Shown piece by piece: positions 28,154 to 37,019 of a stretch of 64,000 nt of DNA. The stretch covers positions 1,504-65,503 of the forward strand of contig DYFM01000001.1 of the NCBI GenBank assembly GCA_020725175.1, in the 5' to 3' direction. The DNA is from Candidatus Paceibacter sp. (GTDB lineage Bacteria > Patescibacteriota > Patescibacteriia > Magasanikbacterales > UBA922). Position numbers and translations under genes: made by a program. Under the pieces are notes generated by a model. The model was given only the letters and a program-made list of their open reading frames with translations. It was not told the DNA's origin and did no database searches. How positions within the stretch are numbered: the stretch's first letter is position 1; each line of letters starts with the position of its first letter.

Positions 28154-28522
28154 ATGCCTACCGATTATAGTGTCGAAACATACCCTTTAACCTCTTCGGG
28201 ACAACTCGCTGAAGTAACGATGCAAAGCACGATGTTTTCTTGGGCTTCTGTAGTTCTTGGTTTAATTGGTGTTTTGGTGATGGTACTCTATCTAGTTTTA
28301 TGGATTTATATGATTGTTGATGTGATCCGAAGAGATGATTTGAAAGAGAGTAAGTTGTTGTGGATTGTATTGTTTTTGTTTATCGCTCCGGTGGGGATGG
28401 TGGCGTATGGATTTGTGGAAGGGAAAAAGAAGTTAGGTTGGCTTTCGCTCGCACCGATTATCGTTTTCCCTCTTTTGTTGTCTTTGTATGCTATCGCTGG
28501 GTTTGTGATAAAAAATGGTTAG
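28154..28522 (+). CDS. Small membrane protein, PLDc N-terminal-like domain
   Basis: LWIYMIVDVIRR...KLLWIVLFLF.P.G...Y pattern; three TM segments. Confidence 0.7.
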   Translation: MPTDYSVETYPLTSSGQLAEVTMQSTMFSWASVVLGLIGVLVMVLYLVLWIYMIVDVIRRDDLKESKLLWIVLFLFIAPVGMVAYGFVEGKKKLGWLSLAPIIVFPLLLSLYAIAGFVIKNG

Positions 28523-28549
28523 AAAAGAAAAGTTCTAAATGAACTTGCC

Positions 28550-28575
28550 AAAAAACAGCCATCTGGCTGTTTTTT
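28550..28575. terminator. Bidirectional intrinsic terminator
   Basis: aaaaaacagcca-tc-tggctgtttttt between convergent genes. Confidence 0.75.
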
Positions 28576-28658
28576 ATGATGAAGATGTCTCTATTTTTAT
28601 GACGAATTTCGCCTGCGGGCTCAATTCGTCACTCCACTAAATAAATAGACAAGGTTTT

Positions 28659-30134
28659 TTACTTCTTAGGTAAAACCATCTTCAACCAATCAGTCAAAGA
28701 AGATTTTTGTTGAGATTTAATGCGTGTTTTGGCGGTGTGGGTTTTGACAAATTTGAGCCAGTCTTGACTGGGACCTTTACGGTTTTTGTCAACAATGATT
28801 TCCACCACGTCACCATTTTTCAGTTCGGTATCAAGACTTACCATTTTATCGTTGACGCGAGCGGCGTTGCACTTGTTTCCAATGTCGGTATGAATGTGAT
28901 ATGCAAAATCAACCGGTGTCGCACCTTCCGGAAGGTCAATGACGTCACCCCCGGGGGTAAAGACAAAAATGCGGCTTTTCAAAAAATCAATCTTCATTTC
29001 TTCGAGATCAGACATGCGAGTGAGAATATCTTTTTGAATGTCGGCCAGTTCTTTGGCCCAGGCAATTTCTCGTTTTGGCATGCGTGTTCCACCTTCATCA
29101 TAATGCCAGTGGGCGGCAATACCAAATTCTGCTTGGTCGTGCATTTGTTGGGTGCGAATCTGAAACTCAACCACTTCACCGTTTTCAGCAAATACTGTGG
29201 TGTGGAGGGATTGATAGCCATTTGGTTTTGGTTGGGCGATGTAGTCTTTGATGCGCCCCTTCATAGGTTTCCAAAGTTTATGTAAAATTCCAAGAGTAGC
29301 GTAACAATCTCCCACATCCGGAACAATAATACGAATCGCAACGAGATCGTATATGCGGGCCACTTGTTCATCTTTTCGTTGTAGTTTTTGGTATAAACTG
29401 TAGAGACGTTTGTTTCTACCGTGAATGGAAATAAACGGAATGTTGGCTACTTCCAATTCCTTGCGAGCTTTTTCTTGTACGGTCTTTATATACTTCTCTT
29501 TTCCTTTGAGGCGTTCATCTCGAATACGTTTGGTTTCTTCGTACTGTTTTGGGTGAACGTACTTAAATGAAAGATCTTCCAATCTCCCTTTCATTTCATC
29601 CATACCAAGTCGATTGGCAATCGGAGCGTAAATTTCCAAACTTTCCAGTGCGATTCGGTACTGTTTTTGTGGCGGAAGTGCGTCGAGACTTTCGAGGTTG
29701 TTTATTCGATCGGCAAATTTGATAATCATCACTCGCACATCTTCAGCCATGGCAACAAACATTTTTCGTAGATTTTCAATATAGCGTTCCACTCCGCGAT
29801 ACTTTAGTTTTCCGAGTTTGGTAATTCCTTTGACCAGGTTGGCAATTTCACTTCCAAAGTTTTGTTCGATTTCTTCAAGGGTAACCGGTGTGTCCTCCGG
29901 AACATCATGAAGAAGGGTGGCGATAATAATGGTAGGGTCAATGCGCATTTCCGCGAGAAGATGGGCGGCACCAAGGGGGTGGATAATGTATGGTTCACCA
30001 CTTTTTCTCATCTGTCCTTCATGAGCCTGTTTGGCAAATTCATAGGTCAATTTGATCATGTCAAAGTCAGCCTCTGGGTCGTAGGCCTGTATTTTCTTGA
30101 TTAGTCCGTCAATTGTCTGCTTTCTGGTTGACAT
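28659..30134 (-). CDS. rel: Short RelA/SpoT homologue (HD hydrolase, synthetase and TGS domains; no ZFD/ACT)
   Basis: RKSGEPYIIHP, LLHDVPED, DYIAQPKPNGYQSLH, EFQIRT, GATPVDFAYHIHT. Confidence 0.93.
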   Translation of the reverse strand: MSTRKQTIDGLIKKIQAYDPEADFDMIKLTYEFAKQAHEGQMRKSGEPYIIHPLGAAHLLAEMRIDPTIIIATLLHDVPEDTPVTLEEIEQNFGSEIANLVKGITKLGKLKYRGVERYIENLRKMFVAMAEDVRVMIIKFADRINNLESLDALPPQKQYRIALESLEIYAPIANRLGMDEMKGRLEDLSFKYVHPKQYEETKRIRDERLKGKEKYIKTVQEKARKELEVANIPFISIHGRNKRLYSLYQKLQRKDEQVARIYDLVAIRIIVPDVGDCYATLGILHKLWKPMKGRIKDYIAQPKPNGYQSLHTTVFAENGEVVEFQIRTQQMHDQAEFGIAAHWHYDEGGTRMPKREIAWAKELADIQKDILTRMSDLEEMKIDFLKSRIFVFTPGGDVIDLPEGATPVDFAYHIHTDIGNKCNAARVNDKMVSLDTELKNGDVVEIIVDKNRKGPSQDWLKFVKTHTAKTRIKSQQKSSLTDWLKMVLPKK

Positions 30135-30179
30135 AAATTGCCTACATTAAGAGAAAATACCTCCACAGGTAGTGCAGGT

Positions 30180-30208
30180 ATTGTAACGGAAGGCGGGATA
30201 GTTTGCAA
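30180..30208 (-). promoter_or_regulatory. Putative sigma70 promoter of rel
   Basis: TTGCAA-17 nt-TACAAT. Confidence 0.5.
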
Positions 30209-30223
30209 GTCCGGACGCAAAGT

Positions 30224-32515
30224 TTAGGAGCTTTTTTTTCTCCGTACAAATTTCCGTTTTGGTTTTTTGGCTGACTCTTCAAGAAGTTGTTGACAGGTTT
30301 CAAGATCGAGAGATTCAGGTTCGGTATCTTTTGGAATTTTGGCATTCGTTGTACCGTCGGTGATGTAGGGTCCATAGCGTCCAACTTTGACAATAATGGT
30401 TGTACCAGGAAATTCCTTAATCAGTGACTTTGCTTCGGCATCCTTTTTTTCTTGGATTACCTCCTTGGCACGTTCAAGAGTAAGAGTGTAGGGATCATCT
30501 TGTTTAAGACTGTAGTATGTTTTTCCTACTTGTACATACGGACCAAAGCGACCGATATTTACTTTAATATCTCGGCCTTCCTCATCTTGACCAAGAACTT
30601 TTGGTAAAGAAAGATATTCGAGTGCTTGTTCAAACGTGACTTCGTTTACTGACATACCTTTTGGAAGGGAAGCAAAGACCGGTTTTTCTTCATCGTCTTT
30701 CGAGCCCCGTTGCACAAACGGTCCATATCGACCCACCCGCGCGTAAATAGGTTTACCTGTTTTTGGATCAGTACCGAGTTCTCGCATTTCTATCACGTCT
30801 TCTTTGGTCAGTTCTTCGTTTTTGGTTTCAATTGTTTCGTGAAATGGCGCGTAAAATTCTTGCACCACCGGTTGCCATTCTTTATTTCCTTCGGCAATAT
30901 CATCAAGATCAGCCTCCATTTTGGCAGTAAAAGAATAATCAACGATGGTTGGAAAATGTTCTACCAAAAGATCATTCACTAAAAAAGCAATGTCAGTTGG
31001 TTTTAGACGTTTATTATCGTCACGCTCCACGTAATTGCGAGCTTCTATCGTGGAAATAGTTGGCGCGTACGTAGAAGGACGACCAATACCATGTTCTTCG
31101 AGCGCTTTCACGAGTGTCGCATCTGAGTATCGAGCTGGTGGTTCAGTAAAATGTTGCTCAGGTTTAAGTTCTTGACAATAGAGCGACTGTCCTTCGGCAA
31201 GTTTTGGTAATGTTTCTTCTCGGATAGACTCCGGATAAAGTTTGAGCCAACCTGGGAACACGACCATTTGTCCGGCAGCGCGAAACGTATACTTCTTCGC
31301 GGAAATATCGATTGATGTTTTATCCATGCGTGCTTCTTTCATTTGAGTTGCTACTGCCCGTTTCCAGATAAGTGTGTAGAGTTTCAACTGTTGTGGCGTA
31401 AGGTATGGTGCAACTGTTTCAGGAGTACGCTCGGGATGGGTTGGTCGTATTGCTTCATGAGCTTCTTGAGCGCCTTTGGATTTTGTTTTATAGCGGCGGA
31501 ATGTGTCAACGGTATAATCTGTTCCGTATGTTTGTTTGATAAACTGAGTTGTTTCTTGCAAAAATTGATCAGATAAATTCATGGAGTCAGTTCGCATGTA
31601 GGTGATAAGACCCACTTGACCCTCGTCTCCGACTTTAATTCCTTCGTAGAGTTGTTGCGCAAGACGCATGGTTTGCTTGGAAGAATAGCCAAATTTTTGG
31701 TTGGCGTTTTGTTGCAATGTTGACGTGGTAAATGGTGGGGGAGGAACACGTTTGGCCTCTTTTTTGGTAATTGCGGAAATGGTGTATGCCACTTCTTTGA
31801 GATCAGCTACAATAGCCTCAACTTGCTCTTGGTTTGGCAAATCTAATTTTTTGAGAGATGTACCATTAATGGCGTGTAGTTTAGCTTTGATTGGTTGTTC
31901 AGAAATCTGTTTTGATTCTGAAAAGAGAGCGTCTATGGTCCAGTATTCTACCGGAATGAAGGCTTGAATTTCTCGTTCTCGTTCCACAATAAGACGAACC
32001 GCTACCGACTGTACGCGTCCGGCCGATAGCCCTCTCGCTACTTTTTTCCAGAGCAATGGAGAAAGTTCATATCCCACCAACCGGTCAACAATCCGTCGTG
32101 TTTGCTGCGCGTCTACCAGTTGTTGATTGATGTGGCGAGGATGTTGTAAGGCTTCGTCAATTGCTCGTTTGGTAATTTCATGAAATACAATGCGCTTGGC
32201 TTTTTCCGGTGGAATGTCAAAAATTTCTGCCAAATGCCAGGCAATTGCTTCTCCTTCTCGATCCTCATCGCTTGCGAATATGACTTCCTCTGCAGTCTTG
32301 GCTTTTGCTTTAAGTTCTTTTACTTGCGCAGTTTTGTCTTTGGGTATAGTATATGTAGGAAGGAACGTGTTGTTTTCTATATCTATCCCCATCTTACTTT
32401 TTGGCAGATCTCGCACATGTCCAAAAGAAGAAGTAACAGAATATTTACTGCCGAGAAATTTGGAAATAGTTTTTGCTTTGGTAGGGGATTCTACAATAAC
32501 TAACGTTTTTGCCAT
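30224..32515 (-). CDS. topA: DNA topoisomerase I
   Basis: VIVESPTKAKTI, DEDREGEAI, SAGRVQS, ITYMRTDS, AQEAHEAIRPT, GRYGP/GRFGP C-terminal repeats. Confidence 0.98.
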   Translation of the reverse strand: MAKTLVIVESPTKAKTISKFLGSKYSVTSSFGHVRDLPKSKMGIDIENNTFLPTYTIPKDKTAQVKELKAKAKTAEEVIFASDEDREGEAIAWHLAEIFDIPPEKAKRIVFHEITKRAIDEALQHPRHINQQLVDAQQTRRIVDRLVGYELSPLLWKKVARGLSAGRVQSVAVRLIVEREREIQAFIPVEYWTIDALFSESKQISEQPIKAKLHAINGTSLKKLDLPNQEQVEAIVADLKEVAYTISAITKKEAKRVPPPPFTTSTLQQNANQKFGYSSKQTMRLAQQLYEGIKVGDEGQVGLITYMRTDSMNLSDQFLQETTQFIKQTYGTDYTVDTFRRYKTKSKGAQEAHEAIRPTHPERTPETVAPYLTPQQLKLYTLIWKRAVATQMKEARMDKTSIDISAKKYTFRAAGQMVVFPGWLKLYPESIREETLPKLAEGQSLYCQELKPEQHFTEPPARYSDATLVKALEEHGIGRPSTYAPTISTIEARNYVERDDNKRLKPTDIAFLVNDLLVEHFPTIVDYSFTAKMEADLDDIAEGNKEWQPVVQEFYAPFHETIETKNEELTKEDVIEMRELGTDPKTGKPIYARVGRYGPFVQRGSKDDEEKPVFASLPKGMSVNEVTFEQALEYLSLPKVLGQDEEGRDIKVNIGRFGPYVQVGKTYYSLKQDDPYTLTLERAKEVIQEKKDAEAKSLIKEFPGTTIIVKVGRYGPYITDGTTNAKIPKDTEPESLDLETCQQLLEESAKKPKRKFVRRKKSS

Positions 32516-32542
32516 ACAATCTTTTATTTATAATCGGAAGGT

Positions 32543-32571
32543 ATAGTACTCAAGATACTGCCTTCTGTCAA
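32543..32571 (-). promoter_or_regulatory. Putative sigma70 promoter of topA
   Basis: TTGACA-17 nt-TACTAT. Confidence 0.6.
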
Positions 32572-32580
32572 ACTATAGAT

Positions 32581-32805
32581 ATGAGTGAACAATATATTGA
32601 TCCAGTAAGTAGGGATCCTGAGAGTCATGGATATGTTCTTTGTCGAACTGAAGAAGTGAGATTAGAACTTAGATTTATGGATGGTGCTGTGCTTCCATCG
32701 GATAGACCAGGGCATGTGTATGTTTTAGCTGAACTGTTAAACCTTTCTTCTGATAATTCTGATAACACTACAGCTGAAGGGGGAGAGACAAAAAAAGCTG
32801 CATAA
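32581..32805 (+). CDS. Hypothetical small protein
   Basis: 74-aa ORF MSEQYIDPVSRDPE... filling the topA-folC gap on the opposite strand. Confidence 0.45.
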   Translation: MSEQYIDPVSRDPESHGYVLCRTEEVRLELRFMDGAVLPSDRPGHVYVLAELLNLSSDNSDNTTAEGGETKKAA

Positions 32806-32809
32806 TACT

Positions 32810-34117
32810 TTAGCGACGTAACTCTCCACTCAAAAAAATCGATCCGGTAACTAAAATAATATCTTGTTTCTTGGCTTGAGACTTACTCCAATGAAGCGCT
32901 TCCTGTGGTTCTAGAAATACGTTCGTAGTTGTTTTTGGAAGAATTTTTTTCACAATGCGTTCCATGATAATCGGTGACATAACTTTTCGAAACGCATTAC
33001 TGGTATTTCTGGTACACGCCACACTCACCGGTTGAAGACTGGTGAGTTTTTTTATCATGGATGTTGTATCTTTGTTTTCAGAAAATCCGAGTACAAGATG
33101 AATTCGTTGATTTTTCTTTTTCATAGACAAAATAGTTTCAACCGAAGATTTGATTTTATCAGCATTGTGTGCGCCATCGAGAATGATAGTGGGGGAATGT
33201 TGAACCACTTCCATGCGTAATGGTTGGGTTGCGCGTTGTAATCCGGTTTGAATTGCTTTGGTTGAGCAACCAAGATATTCCGCTACATCAATCGCCAGCG
33301 CAGCGTTGGTGGTTTGGTGGATACCGGGCGCTTGGATTGCGTATGTTTTATTATTGTACTTAAACCGTTGACCAGTGATCGTGCGAGAAATAACCGTTGG
33401 AGGGGTGGTAGGAGTAAAAAGAATTGAACGACCGGAGACTTTTCTCCATTCTTTGGTAAAAATTGATTGCAATCGTTTATTTTTTTCTCCTATAAATACC
33501 GCACTATCTTTCATAATGATCCCGGCTTTTTCGTAAGCGATTTTTTCTTTGGTATCTCCAAGTATTTCTGTATGATCAAGCCCGATATTGGTAATGATGG
33601 CGACATCTTTCCATGGTAAAATGTTGGTAGAATCGTATCTTCCCCCACATCCTACTTCTACTACCGCCCATTCAACTTTTTTTTGTGCAAAATAATACAG
33701 AGCAATGGCCGTGGTTATTTCAAAAAAAGAAACCATGTCGTATGGGCTGGTTCGAACGTACTGATCAAGAACCGGCTTAAACGTTTCAACGATCTGAATA
33801 AATTCTCGTTCACTCATGTTTTTGTCATTGGTTCTCCAACGTTCCGTTAACTTGGTAGGGTGTGGTGAGGTAGTCAATCCAACTTTTTTCCCATCCGCAA
33901 CGAGAATGTTGTGCAGGTAGGTAGAAACTGATCCTTTTCCACTGGTACCGGTGACATGAATATAATGAGGAATTTGTTTTTCCGGGTTTCCTAGAAGATC
34001 AAGGAGGAATTGCATGCGCTTCAAGTAGACGCCGCACGCATGTGGATCATTCATGTATTCCTGGCGGGGGAGATTTGAGAGGGAGAGGAGGAATTGTTCG
34101 GCCTGTTGATAATTCAT
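32810..34117 (-). CDS. folC: Folylpolyglutamate synthase-like Mur ligase family protein
   Basis: IHVTGTSGKGS, TSPH, FEITTA, EVGCGGRYDSTN, LDH...LG, EKAGI, LDGAHN, TGSIFL. Confidence 0.88.
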   Translation of the reverse strand: MNYQQAEQFLLSLSNLPRQEYMNDPHACGVYLKRMQFLLDLLGNPEKQIPHYIHVTGTSGKGSVSTYLHNILVADGKKVGLTTSPHPTKLTERWRTNDKNMSEREFIQIVETFKPVLDQYVRTSPYDMVSFFEITTAIALYYFAQKKVEWAVVEVGCGGRYDSTNILPWKDVAIITNIGLDHTEILGDTKEKIAYEKAGIIMKDSAVFIGEKNKRLQSIFTKEWRKVSGRSILFTPTTPPTVISRTITGQRFKYNNKTYAIQAPGIHQTTNAALAIDVAEYLGCSTKAIQTGLQRATQPLRMEVVQHSPTIILDGAHNADKIKSSVETILSMKKKNQRIHLVLGFSENKDTTSMIKKLTSLQPVSVACTRNTSNAFRKVMSPIIMERIVKKILPKTTTNVFLEPQEALHWSKSQAKKQDIILVTGSIFLSGELRR

Positions 34118-34129
34118 ATAGGTGTTTTA

Positions 34130-34166
34130 GTTGTCAGGTTTGCAAGTTTGCAGGTTAACAAGTTGG
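34130..34166. repeat. Octamer array downstream of the four-helix-bundle gene (inverted partner of 34574-34616)
   Basis: gttgtcag gtttgcaa gtttgcag gttaacaa gttgg. Confidence 0.85.
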
Positions 34167-34180
34167 TGTATTGAAACGTT

Positions 34181-34540
34181 TTACTTTTGAACATTAATCC
34201 AGCCACGTAACGTTCTGCCGGTTTCATTACAGTGTTTAGACAATTCTTGATATGTTTCTAACGGTAAGTATTTCAGATCATAGCTTAATAGAAGGAAATA
34301 TTTTACTTCTTCTAGTGAGCTCATGGCTACTTCATAAAAACGAAGGCTTTCTTTTGTAGTGTTTCGGTAAAATCCTTCAACGATATTGGCTGCTACTGAT
34401 ATCATTGCTCGGCGCATTTGGGATGTTACACCATACAATTCTTCCTTTGGAAAATTTCTCGTAACTTTGTATATTTCAAGAACTGTCTTATGTGCCATTT
34501 GCCAGGCTTTAATATCCTGAAAACGCGTTATTGTCGGCAT
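34181..34540 (-). CDS. Four-helix-bundle protein (23S rRNA intervening-sequence protein family)
   Basis: FQDIKAWQ, FPKEELYGVTSQMRRAMISVAANIVEG, AMSSLEE, LSYDLKY; ATG at 34540. Confidence 0.93.
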   Translation of the reverse strand: MPTITRFQDIKAWQMAHKTVLEIYKVTRNFPKEELYGVTSQMRRAMISVAANIVEGFYRNTTKESLRFYEVAMSSLEEVKYFLLLSYDLKYLPLETYQELSKHCNETGRTLRGWINVQK

Positions 34541-34573
34541 ACTATGAAAAATTACTAGAAACATGTTAAGTTA

Positions 34574-34616
34574 CAAACTTGCCAACCTGCCAACCTGTCA
34601 ACTTGCAAACTCCAAC
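34574..34616. repeat. Octamer array upstream of the four-helix-bundle gene
   Basis: caaacttg ccaacctg ccaacctg tcaacttg caaactcc aac; reverse complement matches the 34130-34166 units. Confidence 0.85.
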
Positions 34617-35702
34617 TCACCTACTCAACACATACATCATCCCACCTAAGTTTCTCACTTTTCCTTTCATCTCCATGAGTGTCATGGTGCCGTTGACGAC
34701 ATGACTGGCGAGGCCGGAGCGTTTGATAATGTTATCGATGTGGATAGGTTCACGAGAAAGGTGAGGAAGAATGGTGGCTTCAGTAGGAGAATCAGGGAGA
34801 ATTTCTTTCGATTCGACGAATTGTTGAATATTTTGTAAATTTAGTGCATCGAGGATGTCTTTGGCGGAGGTAACCGGTTTGGCTCCCATTTTGAGAAGAT
34901 TATTTGGTCCGATAGCGGTTGGAGACGTGATGTTTTGTGGTACCGCGAACACGTCTCGGTTGCTGTCGAGGCTGCATTGAGCGGTAATAAGAGCACCGGA
35001 ACTCTCACCGGCTTCGATGACAAGTGTCCCAAGTGACAGTCCGGCAATGATACGATTGCGGCGAGGAAAACTGAATTGGGTAGGAAGTGTTCCGGGGTGA
35101 TATTCTGAGAGTACTGCTCCACCGGCATCAATAATCCGTTCTGCCAAATGTTTGTGTGCGGCCGGATACAGATATTGATGATCTACTCCTCCCCCGAGAA
35201 CAGCAATCGTCACTCCGTTGGCGCGAATGGTGGCTTCATGAGCAATACCATCAATCCCCAGTGCGAGACCGCTAATAATAGCTACTCCTTGTCGAGCGAG
35301 TTCACCAATCAGCTCTTCAGTGACTTGTTTTCCGTACGAAGTAAACTTTCTTGTCCCTACTACGCCGAGTGGAAAATCGAGTCGAGTGAGTGAGCCACGG
35401 ATAAACAGGCAAAAGGGCGGATCATAAATTTGTTTCAATAGTTCTGGGTATTCCGGGTCATCAAGTGTGACACAGTTAATGCCGGTATCGTTTAATCGTT
35501 TAATGATGAGTTCTTCATTGAGATTATCTTTCCAAATCAAAAATTCATGGATCAGATTGTCATCCCAGTGTAGTTTGGTTTTTATTTCATCAAAGTATGA
35601 GTTCCAAAACGCATTAACATCTGAAAAAGCGCTGCGGATATCTTGCCAGCGCTTGTTGGTGAGTTTGGGGAAGTGAGCGAGAAGAATTTCTTTTTTAAGC
35701 AT
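34617..35702 (-). CDS. dprA: DNA-processing protein DprA
   Basis: YPELLKQIYDPP, VVGTR, SGLALGIDG, FPRRNRIIAGLS, SGALITA, C-terminal winged helix. Confidence 0.96.
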   Translation of the reverse strand: MLKKEILLAHFPKLTNKRWQDIRSAFSDVNAFWNSYFDEIKTKLHWDDNLIHEFLIWKDNLNEELIIKRLNDTGINCVTLDDPEYPELLKQIYDPPFCLFIRGSLTRLDFPLGVVGTRKFTSYGKQVTEELIGELARQGVAIISGLALGIDGIAHEATIRANGVTIAVLGGGVDHQYLYPAAHKHLAERIIDAGGAVLSEYHPGTLPTQFSFPRRNRIIAGLSLGTLVIEAGESSGALITAQCSLDSNRDVFAVPQNITSPTAIGPNNLLKMGAKPVTSAKDILDALNLQNIQQFVESKEILPDSPTEATILPHLSREPIHIDNIIKRSGLASHVVNGTMTLMEMKGKVRNLGGMMYVLSR

Positions 35703-35715
35703 AGTTTTTGGCAGT

Positions 35716-35769
35716 GTAGGCAGAATACGCAAAGTAAGTTTGTAAGCACCTTACGCGTATTCTGCCTAC
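35716..35769. repeat. 15-bp perfect inverted repeat of the GCAGAATA family between pth and dprA
   Basis: gtaggcagaatacgc / gcgtattctgcctac; same units as the inner arms of the 22291 and 60321 elements. Confidence 0.8.
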
Positions 35770-35797
35770 CAGCTTATTGTGCATAATCTGCAACTAA

Positions 35798-36343
35798 CTA
35801 TGAAATAAGATCCAACACTTCAGTGGTTGCTTTTTTGATGGTTTCCTTTACTTTTCCTCTTTCAGTCAAACCAAATTTACCAAGAACAAATTTTGGTACA
35901 TCACTCATTTTTTTTTCATTTTCCGGGGCAATGCCAACTCGGACACGGGTAAAGTTTTGTGACTTGAGACATTCTATAATGGATTTAATTCCATTGTGTC
36001 CGGCATGTCCACGATCGCGTTGTACTTTAATATCACCTAGTTTGAGATCCTTGTCATCGTGTACCACGATGAGATCGTTGAGAGTGGCTTTATAAAATTG
36101 TCCAATGACTTGAACAGCGTGTCCGGAAGCATTCATGTAGGTCATTGGTTTGGCGAGAATTATTTTTTGATCACCAATGGTGCATCCGGCTACCACGGCA
36201 TTAAACTTTTTACTGAGCGACCATTCGTTGATGCCATGTTTTTCAAGTTCAGTATGGAGTTCATCTAGCACCATAAACCCGATATTGTGTCGGGTTTTCT
36301 CATACTTTTTGCCTGGATTGCCGAGACCGATGATGAGTTTCAT
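35798..36343 (-). CDS. pth: Peptidyl-tRNA hydrolase
   Basis: IIGLGNPG, TRHNIGF, KPMTYMNASG, VHDD, GHNGIKS. Confidence 0.97.
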   Translation of the reverse strand: MKLIIGLGNPGKKYEKTRHNIGFMVLDELHTELEKHGINEWSLSKKFNAVVAGCTIGDQKIILAKPMTYMNASGHAVQVIGQFYKATLNDLIVVHDDKDLKLGDIKVQRDRGHAGHNGIKSIIECLKSQNFTRVRVGIAPENEKKMSDVPKFVLGKFGLTERGKVKETIKKATTEVLDLIS

Positions 36344-37014
36344 TGGGAAGGTTTTTTAATAATATGAAAAACTTTTATATATTTTACAACTGAGGGCATA
36401 GATCTAGAAAAGAAGATTTCGGCTATTTTCTCGTTCAGTGATGTGTTATTGGTCATTGTGTTTGCTTTTTCTGCTTCATTTTTTAAGAATGCCGTAATCT
36501 TCTCTTTTGTAATAATCTCTTCAATATTATGATTTTTGATTTTTGAATGTGTAAATGATGAATGAGTAAGAGATGAGCTTACGTGACCGCTTAATAAGAG
36601 AGCTAGTTCTGTTATAGATCTTTGTAATAATGAGGCTGGTATGTCATCTATCTCTTGTGAAGCAGAGTGTGTTTCTTTGGTTTGGTGGTGTTGAGTTAGT
36701 GTAGTGTCAGAAAGGAAAAGATGAGGCGATATATTCATTGTTTGGTTTCCTTGTTCCGTTTTCATTCTCTCTAATTCATCAACTAGTATCGATATTTCAT
36801 GTATAATGCTTTCAAAAGAAATGATTTGTTTTTTATCATGAGAGATTATGTTAACAACTCTTTTTAAGAAGTTGTGCCATGCTAGTGCTAGTAATTTGTC
36901 AGGAATGTCTTTGGTGTATGCATTAAAAATTTGTTGCTCTTTGATACTTAAACTAGACTCTTGATCTGGTAGTAATATTTCTAGTTTTGAATTACCGAAT
37001 AAAGAGAGTGACAT
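36340..37014 (-). CDS. Hypothetical protein (AT-rich)
   Basis: 224-aa ORF overlapping the pth start; no motif recognised. Confidence 0.6.
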   Translation of the reverse strand: MSLSLFGNSKLEILLPDQESSLSIKEQQIFNAYTKDIPDKLLALAWHNFLKRVVNIISHDKKQIISFESIIHEISILVDELERMKTEQGNQTMNISPHLFLSDTTLTQHHQTKETHSASQEIDDIPASLLQRSITELALLLSGHVSSSLTHSSFTHSKIKNHNIEEIITKEKITAFLKNEAEKANTMTNNTSLNEKIAEIFFSRSMPSVVKYIKVFHIIKKPSQ

Positions 37015-37019
37015 ATGTT

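Noticed and set aside
34181-34540. Diversity-generating retroelement, because of the Avd-like protein
   Set aside because: No reverse transcriptase and no TR/VR pair with adenine-specific mismatches were seen in the window
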